Under the pieces are notes generated by a model. It had not been told where the DNA came from. It saw only the letters and a list, made by a program, of their open reading frames with translations, and did not search any database. The position numbers and the translations under genes were made by a program. Positions 9,685 to 20,120 of a DNA stretch of 64,000 bases are shown one piece after another (position 1 is the first letter of the stretch; each line of letters opens with the position of its first letter). Source of the DNA: Planctomycetota bacterium (GTDB lineage: Bacteria > Planctomycetota > MHYJ01 > WSZJ01); NCBI GenBank assembly GCA_038060895.1, contig JBBTCT010000001.1, positions 224,001-288,000 on the forward strand, read 5' to 3'.

Positions 9685-10184
9685 CACGCCTTCCCCGGCG
9701 GAATGTGCCCGAAATACTCTTCCAGTTTCTCCACCATCACGTCCAGCCGCGCCAGAGCCCGCGGCGTCGTGCCCTCGAGAAGGATCGAGAAGGCCTTGAG
9801 CGAAGCGAGGGACTTTTCGACCTCGGCGTCAAACAGCACCGCCCATTTCTTCGTCCGCTCGAGCATCGACTCGACCTCCTCCTTCTTCCTCTTCTCACGG
9901 TCCAGCGCTTTCTTCGCGTCGATCGTCGCTTGCGAGGCCTTGCCGGAGGCCGTGAAGCGCGCCCGGTTGTACTCGTTCTGGGCGAGGTTGACCGCATTTT
10001 CGCTGCGGCGCATTTCCTGCTTGAGCTGGACCTGGCGCTCGCCTTTCAGCCATTCGGACGTGCGCTTGATCGACGCATCGACGGCCATCAGGGTGTTGCG
10101 GCAGGTGTTGTCGAACGCGACGTAACGGCCGCGGAAGTGCCGGATGACTTCCGGCGAATCGATGCGTGCGGAGCCCTGGGACAT
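9684..10184 (-). CDS. Coiled-coil protein of the WXG100/FtsK operon (166 aa)
   Basis: Start MSQGSARIDSPEVIRHFR; all-helical and charged; ends LEEYF, like the KEYL of the WXG100; coupled to neighbours. Confidence 0.75.
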   Translation of the reverse strand: MSQGSARIDSPEVIRHFRGRYVAFDNTCRNTLMAVDASIKRTSEWLKGERQVQLKQEMRRSENAVNLAQNEYNRARFTASGKASQATIDAKKALDREKRKKEEVESMLERTKKWAVLFDAEVEKSLASLKAFSILLEGTTPRALARLDVMVEKLEEYFGHIPPGKA

Positions 10185-10191
10185 GGATGCG

Positions 10192-10464
10192 CTACCTCTG
10201 GTCCAGGTACTCCTTGATGCGCTCCGCCTTGCGCAGCAGGAACGGGACGTGCTTGTCGGCGGCGTCCGCAAATTTGGCAAGGGCCCGGATCATCTGCTCG
10301 AACTGCTCCGCGAACTTCGCCTGCTCCTGGTCCTGCCACGTCTCGCCGAGTTTCACGAAACGGTGGTGGAGGGAGGAGATTTCGCCCTTGAGGTCATTAT
10401 TGAAGCGCTTGAGGTCGGCCGCGAAGCGGCGCAGCTCCTCGGGGTCAACGACTGCTCTGGCCAT
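10192..10464 (-). CDS. WXG100/ESAT-6-family protein (W-Q-D variant)
   Basis: 90 aa: VVDPEELRRFAADL N-terminal motif, central LGETWQDQEQAKFAEQF, C-terminal RKAERIKEYL; GGAG upstream. Confidence 0.88.
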   Translation of the reverse strand: MARAVVDPEELRRFAADLKRFNNDLKGEISSLHHRFVKLGETWQDQEQAKFAEQFEQMIRALAKFADAADKHVPFLLRKAERIKEYLDQR

Positions 10465-10564
10465 GGGGGCGGGCTCCGGAAGGATTGCCACTATGTTGAA
10501 TGGGGCGGGGGGGCAAAACAAGGGGGAAGTGGAGGACCCTCTATCGCGGCTGCAAGTTGCGTCG

Positions 10565-10682
10565 TATCCGCGGCTGTTTCCGCGGGATCAGGCTGTTATC
10601 CGCGTATTCCTTTGCCGTTTTTCAAAAGAGAACAAGGGAATACGCGGATAAAAGAATGATTTCGCGGAAACAGCCGCGGATA
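10565..10682. repeat. Long palindrome with internal CGCGGA(T/A)A repeats
   Basis: tatccgcggctgtttccgcg pairs perfectly with cgcggaaacagccgcggata; inner ttatccgcgtattcc/ggaatacgcggataa. Confidence 0.85.
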
Positions 10683-10696
10683 AGGCCGCTTCCGAA

Positions 10697-11806
10697 CTAC
10701 CGACTTCGCCCCGCCGTCCACAAGTAGTAGAACCCGTCCCGTCGTCCCACCAGCTTCTCAATCGACATCGCCACGGCCGCTTCCGGCGACGGCGCCTTTG
10801 AGTCCCCGCGCAGCAGGTCCGCGAACGTCGGCGGCCGCTGATACTGGATCAGCCTCGCGTCCTTGACGCCCGCCAGGTTCTTCGCCACTTCGACCGCGTC
10901 TTCGAACTGTCCCAGCTCGTCGACGAGCCCGTTCGCCTTCGCCTGCCCCCCGGAGTAGATCCTGCCGTCGGCGAGCAGCCGCACTTTCTTCTCGTCCATT
11001 CCCCGTCCCTTCGACACGACGTCCACGAAGCGGTCGTACATCTCCATCAGCATCGACTGGAGCATGGCGCGTTCTTCATCCGTCATGGGGCGCCCCATCG
11101 AGCCGATGTCCTTGTGATCGCCGCTCTTGATGACCTCTTCCTTCACTCCGACTTTCTCAAACAGGCCCTGGAGATTCATGAAGGACATGATCACGCCGAT
11201 GGACCCCGTGATCGCGGTGGGGCTGGCGAGAATCCGGTCGCAGGGAGCCGAGACGTAATAGCCGCCCGAAGCCGCGACGGAACGCATGTAGGACACGAAC
11301 TTGAGGTTCGGGCGCTCTTTCTTGAGCTTCATGATTTCGTAGTGGATCCGGTCGCAATCCGTGATGCCTCCGCCGGGCGAGTCGACGTCGAGGATGACGG
11401 CGACGATGCTGGAGTCGTCTTTCACGCGCCTCAGGTCCTTGATGATCTTGTCGACCATGTCCACGTTCGGGCCGAAGAGGGACGCCGAGCCGGAGGCGAT
11501 GATTCCGTGGACGGGAATGACGGCGATTTTGTTGTCCGAACCCGCGGGCCCGTCCACGTGTCTCTCTACGGTGCCGTCGGCCTGGAATCCGCCCGCGCCG
11601 CCGAGGGCGCCGAGCAGCATGAGGAACATGACCACGTTCAGGCCCAGGCTGCCGATGAGGGTGAGAGTCATCAGGCAGGAGCCGATTCCGAACCCGGCAC
11701 GCCTCGTCGGAGGCTGAGGCGGCAGCGACGGCCACGAGCCCATGGGGGGAGGAGGAGCTCCCGGGGGAAGCGGTCCCTGGGGCGGCGGTGCGGCAGGATC
11801 GCTCAT
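10697..11806 (-). CDS. sppA: Signal peptide peptidase SppA (S49, short type)
   Basis: [47 protein letters not shown]. Confidence 0.95.
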   Translation of the reverse strand: MSDPAAPPPQGPLPPGAPPPPMGSWPSLPPQPPTRRAGFGIGSCLMTLTLIGSLGLNVVMFLMLLGALGGAGGFQADGTVERHVDGPAGSDNKIAVIPVHGIIASGSASLFGPNVDMVDKIIKDLRRVKDDSSIVAVILDVDSPGGGITDCDRIHYEIMKLKKERPNLKFVSYMRSVAASGGYYVSAPCDRILASPTAITGSIGVIMSFMNLQGLFEKVGVKEEVIKSGDHKDIGSMGRPMTDEERAMLQSMLMEMYDRFVDVVSKGRGMDEKKVRLLADGRIYSGGQAKANGLVDELGQFEDAVEVAKNLAGVKDARLIQYQRPPTFADLLRGDSKAPSPEAAVAMSIEKLVGRRDGFYYLWTAGRSR

Positions 11807-12309
11807 TTCCGGGCTCCTTTGGACTTCGCCTTCTTCTTCGCCGGCGCCTTGACGCCTCCACGGCGCCGCGCGACCTCCTCGCGGATGTAGTTCACGATCT
11901 CACCCCCGGTCGTGCCGGGCCCGAACAGTTTCCCGACGCCCAGCCTGCGCAGCGCCGCGTCGTCCTCGGGCGGGATGATGCCGCCTCCGGTCAGTAGGAC
12001 GTTTCCGAGCCCCTTCTCCTTCATGAGCTTTCGCACCTTCGGAAACAGAGTCATGTGCGCGCCCGAGAGAATCGACAGGCCGAGCGCCTCGACGTCCTCC
12101 TGGAGCGCCGCCTCGACGACCTGTTCGGGCGACTGGTGAAGGCCGGTGTAGATGACCTCCATCCCCGCGTCGCGCAGGAGGCACGCGATGACCTTCGCGC
12201 CCCGGTCGTGGCCGTCCAGGCCGACCTTGGCGACAAGGACGCGGATTTTCCGTTCGGGGCCGGGCGCCGCCACGGGGGCGGCCTTGCTACCAGTAGATGG
12301 GTGGCTCAC
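11803..12309 (-). CDS. Cobalamin-binding small subunit of acyl-CoA mutase (IcmB-like)
   Basis: [13 protein letters not shown] (DxHxxG), SILSGAH, GGGIIP, LFGPG; GTG start after GGGGAG. Confidence 0.92.
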   Translation of the reverse strand: MSHPSTGSKAAPVAAPGPERKIRVLVAKVGLDGHDRGAKVIACLLRDAGMEVIYTGLHQSPEQVVEAALQEDVEALGLSILSGAHMTLFPKVRKLMKEKGLGNVLLTGGGIIPPEDDAALRRLGVGKLFGPGTTGGEIVNYIREEVARRRGGVKAPAKKKAKSKGARK

Positions 12310-13978
12310 GGTACTCCCCATAAACGCCCTGCAGCACGTCGCACATCTCACCGAGAGTCACATGGTTCTTCGCGGCCTCGAGGAAGCGCGGCATCAGGTT
12401 CTCCGTCCCCGCCGCCGCCTCGCGAATCGCGTTCAGGCAGCGCTTGACCGCCGCCATGTCGCGTTTCTTTTTGAACGCCAGCACGTCCTTGACCTGCCGC
12501 CGTTCGGCCGACATCGGAACTTTCAGCAGGTCCATCTTCTCTTCACCGTCGTCCACAAACTGGTTCACGCCGACGACGACGTTTTCGCCGCGGTCGACCT
12601 TGAGCTGGAACTCGTAGGCTGAACGCGCGATCTCGCGCTGGAAGAACCCCTTCTCGATCCCGACCTCGCACCCGTCGAGAATCCCGCCCGTGCCGAGTTC
12701 CTCGATCCGTTTGAAATACGCCTCGGCCTCGCGCTCCATCTGGTCGGTCATCCATTCCACGTAGTACGAGCCCGCGAGCGGGTCCACGGTGTCGGCGACG
12801 CCCGTTTCGTGGGCGATGATCTGCTGGGTACGAAGCGCGATCTTGACCGCCTTTTCCGTCGGCAGCGCCAGGGCTTCGTCCATCGAGTTCGTGTGAAGCG
12901 ACTGCGTCCCGCCGAGGACCGCCGCCATCGCCTCGTATGCCGTGCGGACGATGTTGTTCTCGGGCTGCTGCGCCGTGAGCGAGCACCCCGCGGTCTGGGT
13001 GTGGAAACGCATCTTCCAGCTCGCCGGGTCCTTCGCGCCATAGACGTGCTTCATCCGCTTCGCCCAGATCCGGCGCGCGGCACGGAACTTGGCGATTTCC
13101 TCGAAGAAGTTCATGTGCGAATTGAAGAAGAACGAGAGGCGCGGCGCGAACGAGTCGACGTCGAGCCCGGCCTTGATCCCTGCCTCGACATACGCGAACC
13201 CGTCACCGAGCGTGAACGCGAGTTCCTGCACCGCGGTCGATCCCGCCTCGCGGATGTGGTACCCGGAAATCGAAATCGGGTTCCACTTCGGCGTGTGCTT
13301 CGTGCACCACGCGAACATGTCCGTGATGATCCGCATGGCCGGCTTGACGGGGAAAATCCACTCCTTCTGGGCGATGTACTCCTTGAGGATGTCGGTCTGC
13401 GTGGTGCCTCGGATCTCGCTGAGGTCGGCGCCCTGTTTCTCCGCGACGGCGACGTAGAACGCGAAGACGATCGCCGCGGGAGCGTTGATCGTCATCGACG
13501 TCGAGACCTTCGACAGGTCGATCCCGTCGAACAGCACTTCCATGTCCCTCAGGCAGCAGATCGCCACGCCCTCGCGCCCGACTTCGCCGAGCGCGCGCGG
13601 AGCGTCGCTGTCGACGCCCATCAGCGTCGGCATGTCGAACGCCACCGAAAGCCCCGTCTGGCCCTTCGAGAGCAGGAACTTGTACCGCTCGTTGGTGTCG
13701 TGCGCCGTCCCGAACCCCGCGAACTGCCGCATGGTCCACAGCCGGCCGCGGTACATGTTGGGTTGCACGCCGCGCGTGTAAGGGAATTCTCCGGGCTTCC
13801 CGACGTCCTTCGCCAGGTCGCGCGCCTTCGCGGATTCCGGCCCGTAAAAGACGTCGAGAGGAACGCCGGTCTCAGTCGTCCACGCTTTCTTCGGCGCGGG
13901 AGTGGACTTCGCGGCACGGCCTTCATCAGGCCGCGCGGCCGATTCCGACCGCGACGGCGACGCCTTGAATTCCTGCAT
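12287..13978 (-). CDS. B12-dependent acyl-CoA mutase large subunit, isobutyryl-CoA mutase (IcmA)-type residues
   Basis: [65 protein letters not shown]. Confidence 0.92.
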   Translation of the reverse strand: MQEFKASPSRSESAARPDEGRAAKSTPAPKKAWTTETGVPLDVFYGPESAKARDLAKDVGKPGEFPYTRGVQPNMYRGRLWTMRQFAGFGTAHDTNERYKFLLSKGQTGLSVAFDMPTLMGVDSDAPRALGEVGREGVAICCLRDMEVLFDGIDLSKVSTSMTINAPAAIVFAFYVAVAEKQGADLSEIRGTTQTDILKEYIAQKEWIFPVKPAMRIITDMFAWCTKHTPKWNPISISGYHIREAGSTAVQELAFTLGDGFAYVEAGIKAGLDVDSFAPRLSFFFNSHMNFFEEIAKFRAARRIWAKRMKHVYGAKDPASWKMRFHTQTAGCSLTAQQPENNIVRTAYEAMAAVLGGTQSLHTNSMDEALALPTEKAVKIALRTQQIIAHETGVADTVDPLAGSYYVEWMTDQMEREAEAYFKRIEELGTGGILDGCEVGIEKGFFQREIARSAYEFQLKVDRGENVVVGVNQFVDDGEEKMDLLKVPMSAERRQVKDVLAFKKKRDMAAVKRCLNAIREAAAGTENLMPRFLEAAKNHVTLGEMCDVLQGVYGEYREPPIYW

Positions 13979-13992
13979 GGTCCCCCCCTTCG

Positions 13993-14958
13993 TTATCTCG
14001 CGAGTCGAGCCGCTCGACGCGGCGTTCCCAGCGTCAACCGGTCCAGCACTTCCTCCGCAGCATCCCCGGGCGTCAGCTTCCCCGCCAGCACGTCCTCGAC
14101 ACGCCCCTCCAGCCACGCCGCCGCCGCCGGGTCGTGCGCCAGCCGGCGCGACAGCGCTTCCTCGACCAGCCTTGCGATCCTGAAGCGCAGTCGCGCAGCG
14201 CGGTGATCACGCAGCGTGCCGTCGCGCTCCATTTTCTCCGTGTGGGCCTCGATCGTGGAAGCGGCTTCGGCGATGCCCTTTCCGGTCGCCGCTGCAGTCT
14301 GGACGATGGCGGGGGCGCGGCGGCTTGTCGAAAGCTCGAAGCTGGAACGGATGGAGGACTCGAGCGCGTCGGCGCCTGCCCGGTCGGCCTTGTTGATGAC
14401 GATGACGTCGGCGATCTCCATGAGGCCCGACTTCATCGCCTGGACGCCGTCGCCCGATTCGGGCGAGAGAATCACGATCGTCGTGTCCGCGACCCGCACG
14501 ATCTCGATTTCGCTCTGGCCGACGCCGACGGTTTCGACCATGACGATGTCCTTGCCGGAAGCGTCGAGCACGTCGCAAGCGTCGTACGTCGCGCGCGCCA
14601 GGCCGCCCAGCGCCCCGCGCGTCGCCATCGAGCGGATGAAGACCCCGGGGTCCATGCCGACGGAGTTCATGCGGATCCGGTCGCCGAGCAGCGCGCCGCC
14701 CGTGAACGGGCTCGACGGGTCCACGGCCACGATCCCGACGGTCCTGTTTTTCGAGCGCCAGTGCTTCGCCAGCTCGCTCACGAGCGTGGACTTCCCCACC
14801 CCGGGAGGCCCCGTGAACCCGATCCGCCGCGCATGCCCCACCCGCGGATAGAGCTCTTCCAGAAGCTCCCGGGCTCCCGCATCGCCGTTTTCGACACTGG
14901 TGATCGCGCGGGACAGGGCGCGACGGTCGCCGGACACGACGAGGGAGGCGAGGGACAT
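13993..14958 (-). CDS. meaB: MeaB/ArgK GTPase chaperone of B12 mutases
   Basis: [54 protein letters not shown]. Confidence 0.95.
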   Translation of the reverse strand: MSLASLVVSGDRRALSRAITSVENGDAGARELLEELYPRVGHARRIGFTGPPGVGKSTLVSELAKHWRSKNRTVGIVAVDPSSPFTGGALLGDRIRMNSVGMDPGVFIRSMATRGALGGLARATYDACDVLDASGKDIVMVETVGVGQSEIEIVRVADTTIVILSPESGDGVQAMKSGLMEIADVIVINKADRAGADALESSIRSSFELSTSRRAPAIVQTAAATGKGIAEAASTIEAHTEKMERDGTLRDHRAARLRFRIARLVEEALSRRLAHDPAAAAWLEGRVEDVLAGKLTPGDAAEEVLDRLTLGTPRRAARLAR

Positions 14959-15110
14959 GGAAGGGTGATCATAGCGCAGGGCGAAGGGCAGGGAAAGAGG
15001 GCCGCACTGGGTGCGTGGCCGGTGTTGCGAAGGCCTCCGGGCAGGCGGCGGCCCGTAGCGAAAAAAGACAACTTCAACCTTCTGCTGTCCCGGCGAGGCC
15101 CCCCAGCGTC

Positions 15111-16670
15111 TCAACGGCTAATCATGACTCGCACCCTGTCCCCCCACCTCAGGGTCAGGTCCGCCTTCCCGTCCCCGTTCATCTCCCAGATGTCCATTCC
15201 GTCCGGAGCGTCGATTTTCCCCTCGTCCTTCTTGTCGTTCACGTTGAACTTGAATATGTCCGTCTTGTCGAAATCGACCGGCGACTTCTTCAGCAGCGCC
15301 TTCACTTCAATCCCCTTCGCCGCCGAAAGCCACCCGTCGCTGTCGAGCCGCAGAATGTCCCTGCGGCCGTCGCCGTCCCAGTCGCCGTTGAAGCGCAGCT
15401 GGGGCATCCCGCCGCCCTTGTTCATCTTGTCGATGTCGACGTAGATGGTGTCCTTCCAGTCGTATTCCGCGGCGTACGACTGCTTGTTTTTGTCGAAGAG
15501 GTAGATGAAGTACTCGACCGGGACCTTCTGGAATACGACCTTGCCCGCGTTGGAAAGCATGCTGGTTTCGAAGCTCGCGATCGCGATGTCGTCGAACCCG
15601 TCGGCGTTCAGGTCCTCGAGCTGGGGGTTGAGGGAAATCCCCGGAAGAGAGATGCGCCAGTTCGGGGAGAGATTCGCCAGTGCCTGCCCTCGGTTCCCGA
15701 GGTACATGTAGTAGTCGGTCGCGATCGCGTCGAGCTTCGAAAGCTCGCCGCGGGTGAAGCTCGCGACGAAATCGACTCCCCCGCCGCGGTTCACGTCCTT
15801 CAGCGTCGTAATCGCCGTGGCGATCTGGTCCTTCCGCTCGCGCTGCTGAAGGAACTGAAGCTGGAACTGCCCGCTCGGCTCCGAGGGGAACGCGATCCGG
15901 GCTCCTCCGTCCTCCCCCTTCTCCGTCCCCTGCAGGAAGAACACGAACTTGTCGTGCCACACCATGCACACGTCCTGCTTGAAATCTCCGTCCACGTCCT
16001 GGAACTCCACGCGCGGAACCGACTTCACCACGCGCACCCAGGCCGCGCCTCCTTCGGGCGACTCCGACGCCGAGGGCATCGCCAGCGTAAACGCCCGCCC
16101 GTAGACCCCCGGCTTCGTCTGCACGTACAGCCGGTAGGCATCGCTCTGCGGAATCAGCAGGTCCGTCAGTCCGTTACCGTCGAGATCCGGCGGCCACATC
16201 CAGATGGGGAACGAATCTTCCTGCGGCAGGTCGAAAAACGTCTCCACCAGAAGCAGCCGCTTCGCCGCGAGATCGTATTTCCGGTCCTTCTGCTCCCAGA
16301 CCCACGCGCCATCGGCGGCGAGATACCCGATCTCGGTCCCGGGAGACTCCGTGAAATTCCCGAACAGCATCACGGCCGCTTCCGCCGGCACAATCCACGT
16401 CTGGTCCGGCTTCCCGTCCATCGCCTGCCCCGAGACCTGCCACTTCACCGAAACATACCGCGTCGCACGCTTGTCCCCGTCGTGCCCGAAACTCGTGTGC
16501 GTCGCGAGCAGGTCGCCTTTGCCGTCGCCGTCCAGGTCGCAGGGAAAGACGTCCTGGATCTTTCCTTCGTAGCGGACCAGGCCTTCGCTGAAGCGCTCGC
16601 GGTGGAGTTCCTGCGGAAAGGCCGGTAGGGAGAAGAGGAGGGAAACGGCGACGAGGAAGCGTCGGGGCAT
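15111..16670 (-). CDS. Secreted FG-GAP/VCBS repeat protein
   Basis: Signal peptide; repeated DxDGDGxxD loops (DLDGDGKGD, DLDGNGLTD, DVDGDFKQD, DLNADGFDD, DWDGDGRRD). Confidence 0.85.
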   Translation of the reverse strand: MPRRFLVAVSLLFSLPAFPQELHRERFSEGLVRYEGKIQDVFPCDLDGDGKGDLLATHTSFGHDGDKRATRYVSVKWQVSGQAMDGKPDQTWIVPAEAAVMLFGNFTESPGTEIGYLAADGAWVWEQKDRKYDLAAKRLLLVETFFDLPQEDSFPIWMWPPDLDGNGLTDLLIPQSDAYRLYVQTKPGVYGRAFTLAMPSASESPEGGAAWVRVVKSVPRVEFQDVDGDFKQDVCMVWHDKFVFFLQGTEKGEDGGARIAFPSEPSGQFQLQFLQQRERKDQIATAITTLKDVNRGGGVDFVASFTRGELSKLDAIATDYYMYLGNRGQALANLSPNWRISLPGISLNPQLEDLNADGFDDIAIASFETSMLSNAGKVVFQKVPVEYFIYLFDKNKQSYAAEYDWKDTIYVDIDKMNKGGGMPQLRFNGDWDGDGRRDILRLDSDGWLSAAKGIEVKALLKKSPVDFDKTDIFKFNVNDKKDEGKIDAPDGMDIWEMNGDGKADLTLRWGDRVRVMISR

Positions 16671-16713
16671 CGCTGGCATCGTATCACGCGCGGGAAGCGG
16701 GCTTCACGCGCGA

Positions 16714-18261
16714 TCACTTCTTCCAGTGCTTCGCTTCCCTGTCCCACGAATAACTTTCGAGGTCTTTTCCCCACGCATGCCAGGCGGCGGGATCGTCGCC
16801 GATCGGCAGGTCGTCAATGAACGTTCCGAGGCGGGAGCGGACTCCGTGCGGCGTGATATGGCTGGTTGCGAGACATTCCGCGAGCACAGGCCAGGCTTCT
16901 TTCCGTCCGCGGCGCAGGAGGGGCAGGGCGACTTCCAGGCGGACGTACTCGTTCGACGCCTGCAGCCAGGGGAGGATCTTTGCCACCTGCGCGTCGTCGC
17001 CGAGCGCGGCGACGGCCTGGGCCGCGCGGCCGTTGAGCCAGTCGGCGGGGTCGCCGGAAGTGTGCTGGTGGTTCGTGGCGAACTCGAGGGCGAGGGCGGC
17101 GTGGCGGGGCGCGCCGGTTTCGGCGAGCACCCAGAGGGCGGTCGTCCGGAGTTCGATCTCCGTGGTCCCGCGAATCAGTTCGGCGACGGCGTCGCCTGAG
17201 AGTGCCCCGCGGAATTCGAGGGCGAGAACGTTGCCACCCATCGCCTTGAGGACAGGCCGCAGTTCTCCGGCGGTCGCGACCGACTTCGCCGCGGCCAGGA
17301 TCCTGAGGACCTCGACCGGGTGGGCCTCGATGTGTCTCCGGGCGGCCGCCTCCGCCTTCGCGGCGTTCGGGGGGAGGAGCCGAAGAGCTCCCGCGACGGC
17401 GTCCCGGTCGTCACCGTCGAGAGCCGCGATCCAGTTCTCGGGCTTCGCGGTAGAAGAGTAATTCCGGCCGTTCCAGGCGATGCAACCGCGATTCGCGGCG
17501 AGCCACTCGCGGTACGGCGCGGCCTCGTCGGCCTTCGGCGCGAACAGGTCGCGCGTCTTCGCCCCCTCCCCCATCCGCGTCTCAAGCAGCCAGCGCGCCG
17601 CGAACGCCATCCCGTCCACACGCCACTGGTTCAGCGGCGACGGCCATCCTTTTTTCACCTCGCCCTCGAACGCCGCGAGAAGCGCCCGCGCCGCTTCCTC
17701 CGGCTTTCCCGACCGCACCGCGTACCCGCGCCGCGTCAGCCCGTCCAGTACGACCTCCGCCAGCGGCCGCCCGCGCCGCCCCGCGGACCAGCGTTTCCAG
17801 TCCTCCTGCTTCTCACCCGTCAGTCCCTCCAGCCAGGTGCGCGCCGCGAGGTCGAGCGGGATCGGGGTGAAATCGACGAAGCAGCTTCCGCTGTAGAACA
17901 TGTTCGGGACTTCCTCGGTGCGGCCGAGAAGCGCGACCAGCACGGGGATCGCATACGTGTCGAGTGCGAGCAGGTCTTTCTCGCCGCCCAGCTTCGTCGC
18001 GAACTTCTTTACCAGCGCCTCGGCCCGGTCGTTCACCGGCGCGTCGCGACGCCGTTCGATTTCCTGGCGAAGCGTTGCGGCGGCCTCCGGGTCTTTGGCC
18101 TGTTCCGCGAGGTCTTCCAGGTCCCGGGGCGACAGTTCGCGCATTTCCTTCTGCGCCTTTTCGCGGACCTGGGGGTCGTCGGCCCCGAGGCGGTCGAGCA
18201 GTTCGTCCGCGGCGAGCGGCGAGGCGAGGAGCAGGGTCAGCGCGAGGGCGATTCGTCGCAT
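16714..18261 (-). CDS. Secreted HEAT-like repeat protein (paralog A)
   Basis: Signal peptide MRRIALALTLLLASPLAA; LLDRLGADDPQVREKAQKEM HEAT-like start; helical. Confidence 0.75.
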   Translation of the reverse strand: MRRIALALTLLLASPLAADELLDRLGADDPQVREKAQKEMRELSPRDLEDLAEQAKDPEAAATLRQEIERRRDAPVNDRAEALVKKFATKLGGEKDLLALDTYAIPVLVALLGRTEEVPNMFYSGSCFVDFTPIPLDLAARTWLEGLTGEKQEDWKRWSAGRRGRPLAEVVLDGLTRRGYAVRSGKPEEAARALLAAFEGEVKKGWPSPLNQWRVDGMAFAARWLLETRMGEGAKTRDLFAPKADEAAPYREWLAANRGCIAWNGRNYSSTAKPENWIAALDGDDRDAVAGALRLLPPNAAKAEAAARRHIEAHPVEVLRILAAAKSVATAGELRPVLKAMGGNVLALEFRGALSGDAVAELIRGTTEIELRTTALWVLAETGAPRHAALALEFATNHQHTSGDPADWLNGRAAQAVAALGDDAQVAKILPWLQASNEYVRLEVALPLLRRGRKEAWPVLAECLATSHITPHGVRSRLGTFIDDLPIGDDPAAWHAWGKDLESYSWDREAKHWKK

Positions 18262-18308
18262 ACGCCATTGAAGCGCGGGCCGAGCCCCGAAGTTCATGGA
18301 ATCCGGCG

Positions 18309-19886
18309 TCACTTTTTCGTCCGCCACTGTTTCGTCGCCTCGTCCCAGACGCACGCCGGCGCATCGTCCCGGGCCCATTTCGGCCAGAGATCGTCCCGAA
18401 GGAGTTCGGGGGCGCTGTCGACAAAATCACGGACTTTCGCGCAGCGGCGGCGGTCGAGCAGGTCGCGGCGCGCTCGGTCGACGATCAGGTCGAATCCTGC
18501 GCGACGGCCCTTGCGGGCAAGCGCGATGGCGACGTCGATGCGCTCGTAGTTTTCGGGTGCGAGCTTGAGCCAGTCCTCCGCGAGGTCGAGGCCTGCCGGG
18601 GCGCCTTCCTCGGCGGCGGCGATCGCCGCGGCGCGCGCGACGACGTGGCCCTCGAAACCGTCCTCGGCCTTGTAAGCCTCCAGCAACGAGCGCGCCGCCA
18701 CCCCGGCCGCCTTCGCTTCCACCCGCGCCAGGCAACGGAACGCGCGCTCGCGGTCCTCCGAGTCAGCGGTGCGCTCGAGGGCGAGGTCGGAAAGGTCGGT
18801 CGTATTCGTGACTCTCCGGATCGTGGCGGCATCCGGCTCCTTCCCGAGCGTGCGCAGCACCGCGGGAAGGTGCTCGCGCGGTGAAGGGATCCCCGCCTTC
18901 GCCATCACGCGCAGCACGAGCGAAGGGTTCGCCTCCACGCGGCCCCAGCACTCGGGCGGCACACGGCCCGGCCAGTTCTCCAGTGCGGCCAGTGCCGCGA
19001 GAGCGACGCCTTCTCGCGGGGAGCGCGTCGCCGCGACGAAGTCGTCCGGTCCCGCGTGCGACACGATCCTGCTTCCCTTCCGCCAGAACGTCTTCCCGCA
19101 CGCCTCGATCCAGTCCAGCGCCGCGTCCAGCTCGCCCGCGACAGGGCATCCTTTGAACAGACCGCCCGTGAGCCGCGCGAAGGAATCCACGACCTCCGGA
19201 GTCGCCGGCCGAAGCGGCCGGACGTTCCGGCCCTGCGCGCCCCCGAGCGGGACGCGCCCGGCCAGAAGGAATTCGGCGGCCACCACGTCCGGATCCGCGT
19301 CCCTCACCCGGAACCCGCGCCCCTCCAGCCCCTCGAGACGGATTTCCTCCCAGGACATCCCACGCGTCTTCACCCGGAACGTCTCCCACGCCACCGCGTC
19401 CGGGCCGATTTCCGCCAGCGTGTACGCGCGCAGCCACCGCGTCCCCGCCGCTTCCAGCAGCCGCGGGTCGGGACGGTCCTCCCTGAAGAGGTTGTTCCCT
19501 CGCGTGACCTCCTCCGCAATCCCGTCCGCCCGCCTCAGCCAGCACAGGAAGACCCGCTCCGGCGCCACCTTCCACCCCAGCACGTCGTCCAGCGTCACCT
19601 GGTTCCCCGCCGCTTTCCACGCCCAGTCCTTCGCGTACGCCAGCGGACCCCCTTCTTCGAGAAGCTCGGCGATCTCGAGAAGCGCCGCCCGTGCTTCCGC
19701 GTCTTCCACTTTCTCGGCCGCCGCGCGCAGAGCCGGCGCGATGCGCTCGTCCTGACGAAGAAGCTCTTCGCGCGCTGCGGCCCTGACCTCGGGATCCTCG
19801 GAAGCCAGTCGGTTCGCCAGTCCGGAAAGATCCGGGTCGGCGGCGACGGGCAATGCGAGGGCGATGATGAGCAGGATTGATCGCAT
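18309..19886 (-). CDS. Secreted HEAT-like repeat protein (paralog B)
   Basis: Signal peptide; LANRLASEDPEVRAAAREEL; shares blocks with 16714..18261. Confidence 0.75.
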   Translation of the reverse strand: MRSILLIIALALPVAADPDLSGLANRLASEDPEVRAAAREELLRQDERIAPALRAAAEKVEDAEARAALLEIAELLEEGGPLAYAKDWAWKAAGNQVTLDDVLGWKVAPERVFLCWLRRADGIAEEVTRGNNLFREDRPDPRLLEAAGTRWLRAYTLAEIGPDAVAWETFRVKTRGMSWEEIRLEGLEGRGFRVRDADPDVVAAEFLLAGRVPLGGAQGRNVRPLRPATPEVVDSFARLTGGLFKGCPVAGELDAALDWIEACGKTFWRKGSRIVSHAGPDDFVAATRSPREGVALAALAALENWPGRVPPECWGRVEANPSLVLRVMAKAGIPSPREHLPAVLRTLGKEPDAATIRRVTNTTDLSDLALERTADSEDRERAFRCLARVEAKAAGVAARSLLEAYKAEDGFEGHVVARAAAIAAAEEGAPAGLDLAEDWLKLAPENYERIDVAIALARKGRRAGFDLIVDRARRDLLDRRRCAKVRDFVDSAPELLRDDLWPKWARDDAPACVWDEATKQWRTKK

Positions 19887-20120
19887 GGATGGTTTCAGAG
19901 CCCCTGCAACAGTCTATCGAGCGATGCGATGCGGACGATGCGGCAAATGCGGGAGCACCGGGCTGTCGTTCGGTGGGCAAGGGCGAGAGCGAGGGAAACA
20001 GCCCGAACCTTTTTTGGGAGGAGATCCATCAATAAACTGTCCCGCTCTTCCGCGGGATTGCTATTCTCCCGCCTGCACAGCGTCCCCCTTGGGACGCCGT
20101 TTTTTTCAACGGACCACAGA

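Noticed and set aside
12287-13978. Methylmalonyl-CoA mutase call
   Set aside because: Phe/Gln replace the Tyr/Arg carboxylate-binding residues
19890-20120. T-box riboswitch before leuS
   Set aside because: No UGGNACC T-box motif or specifier stem seen
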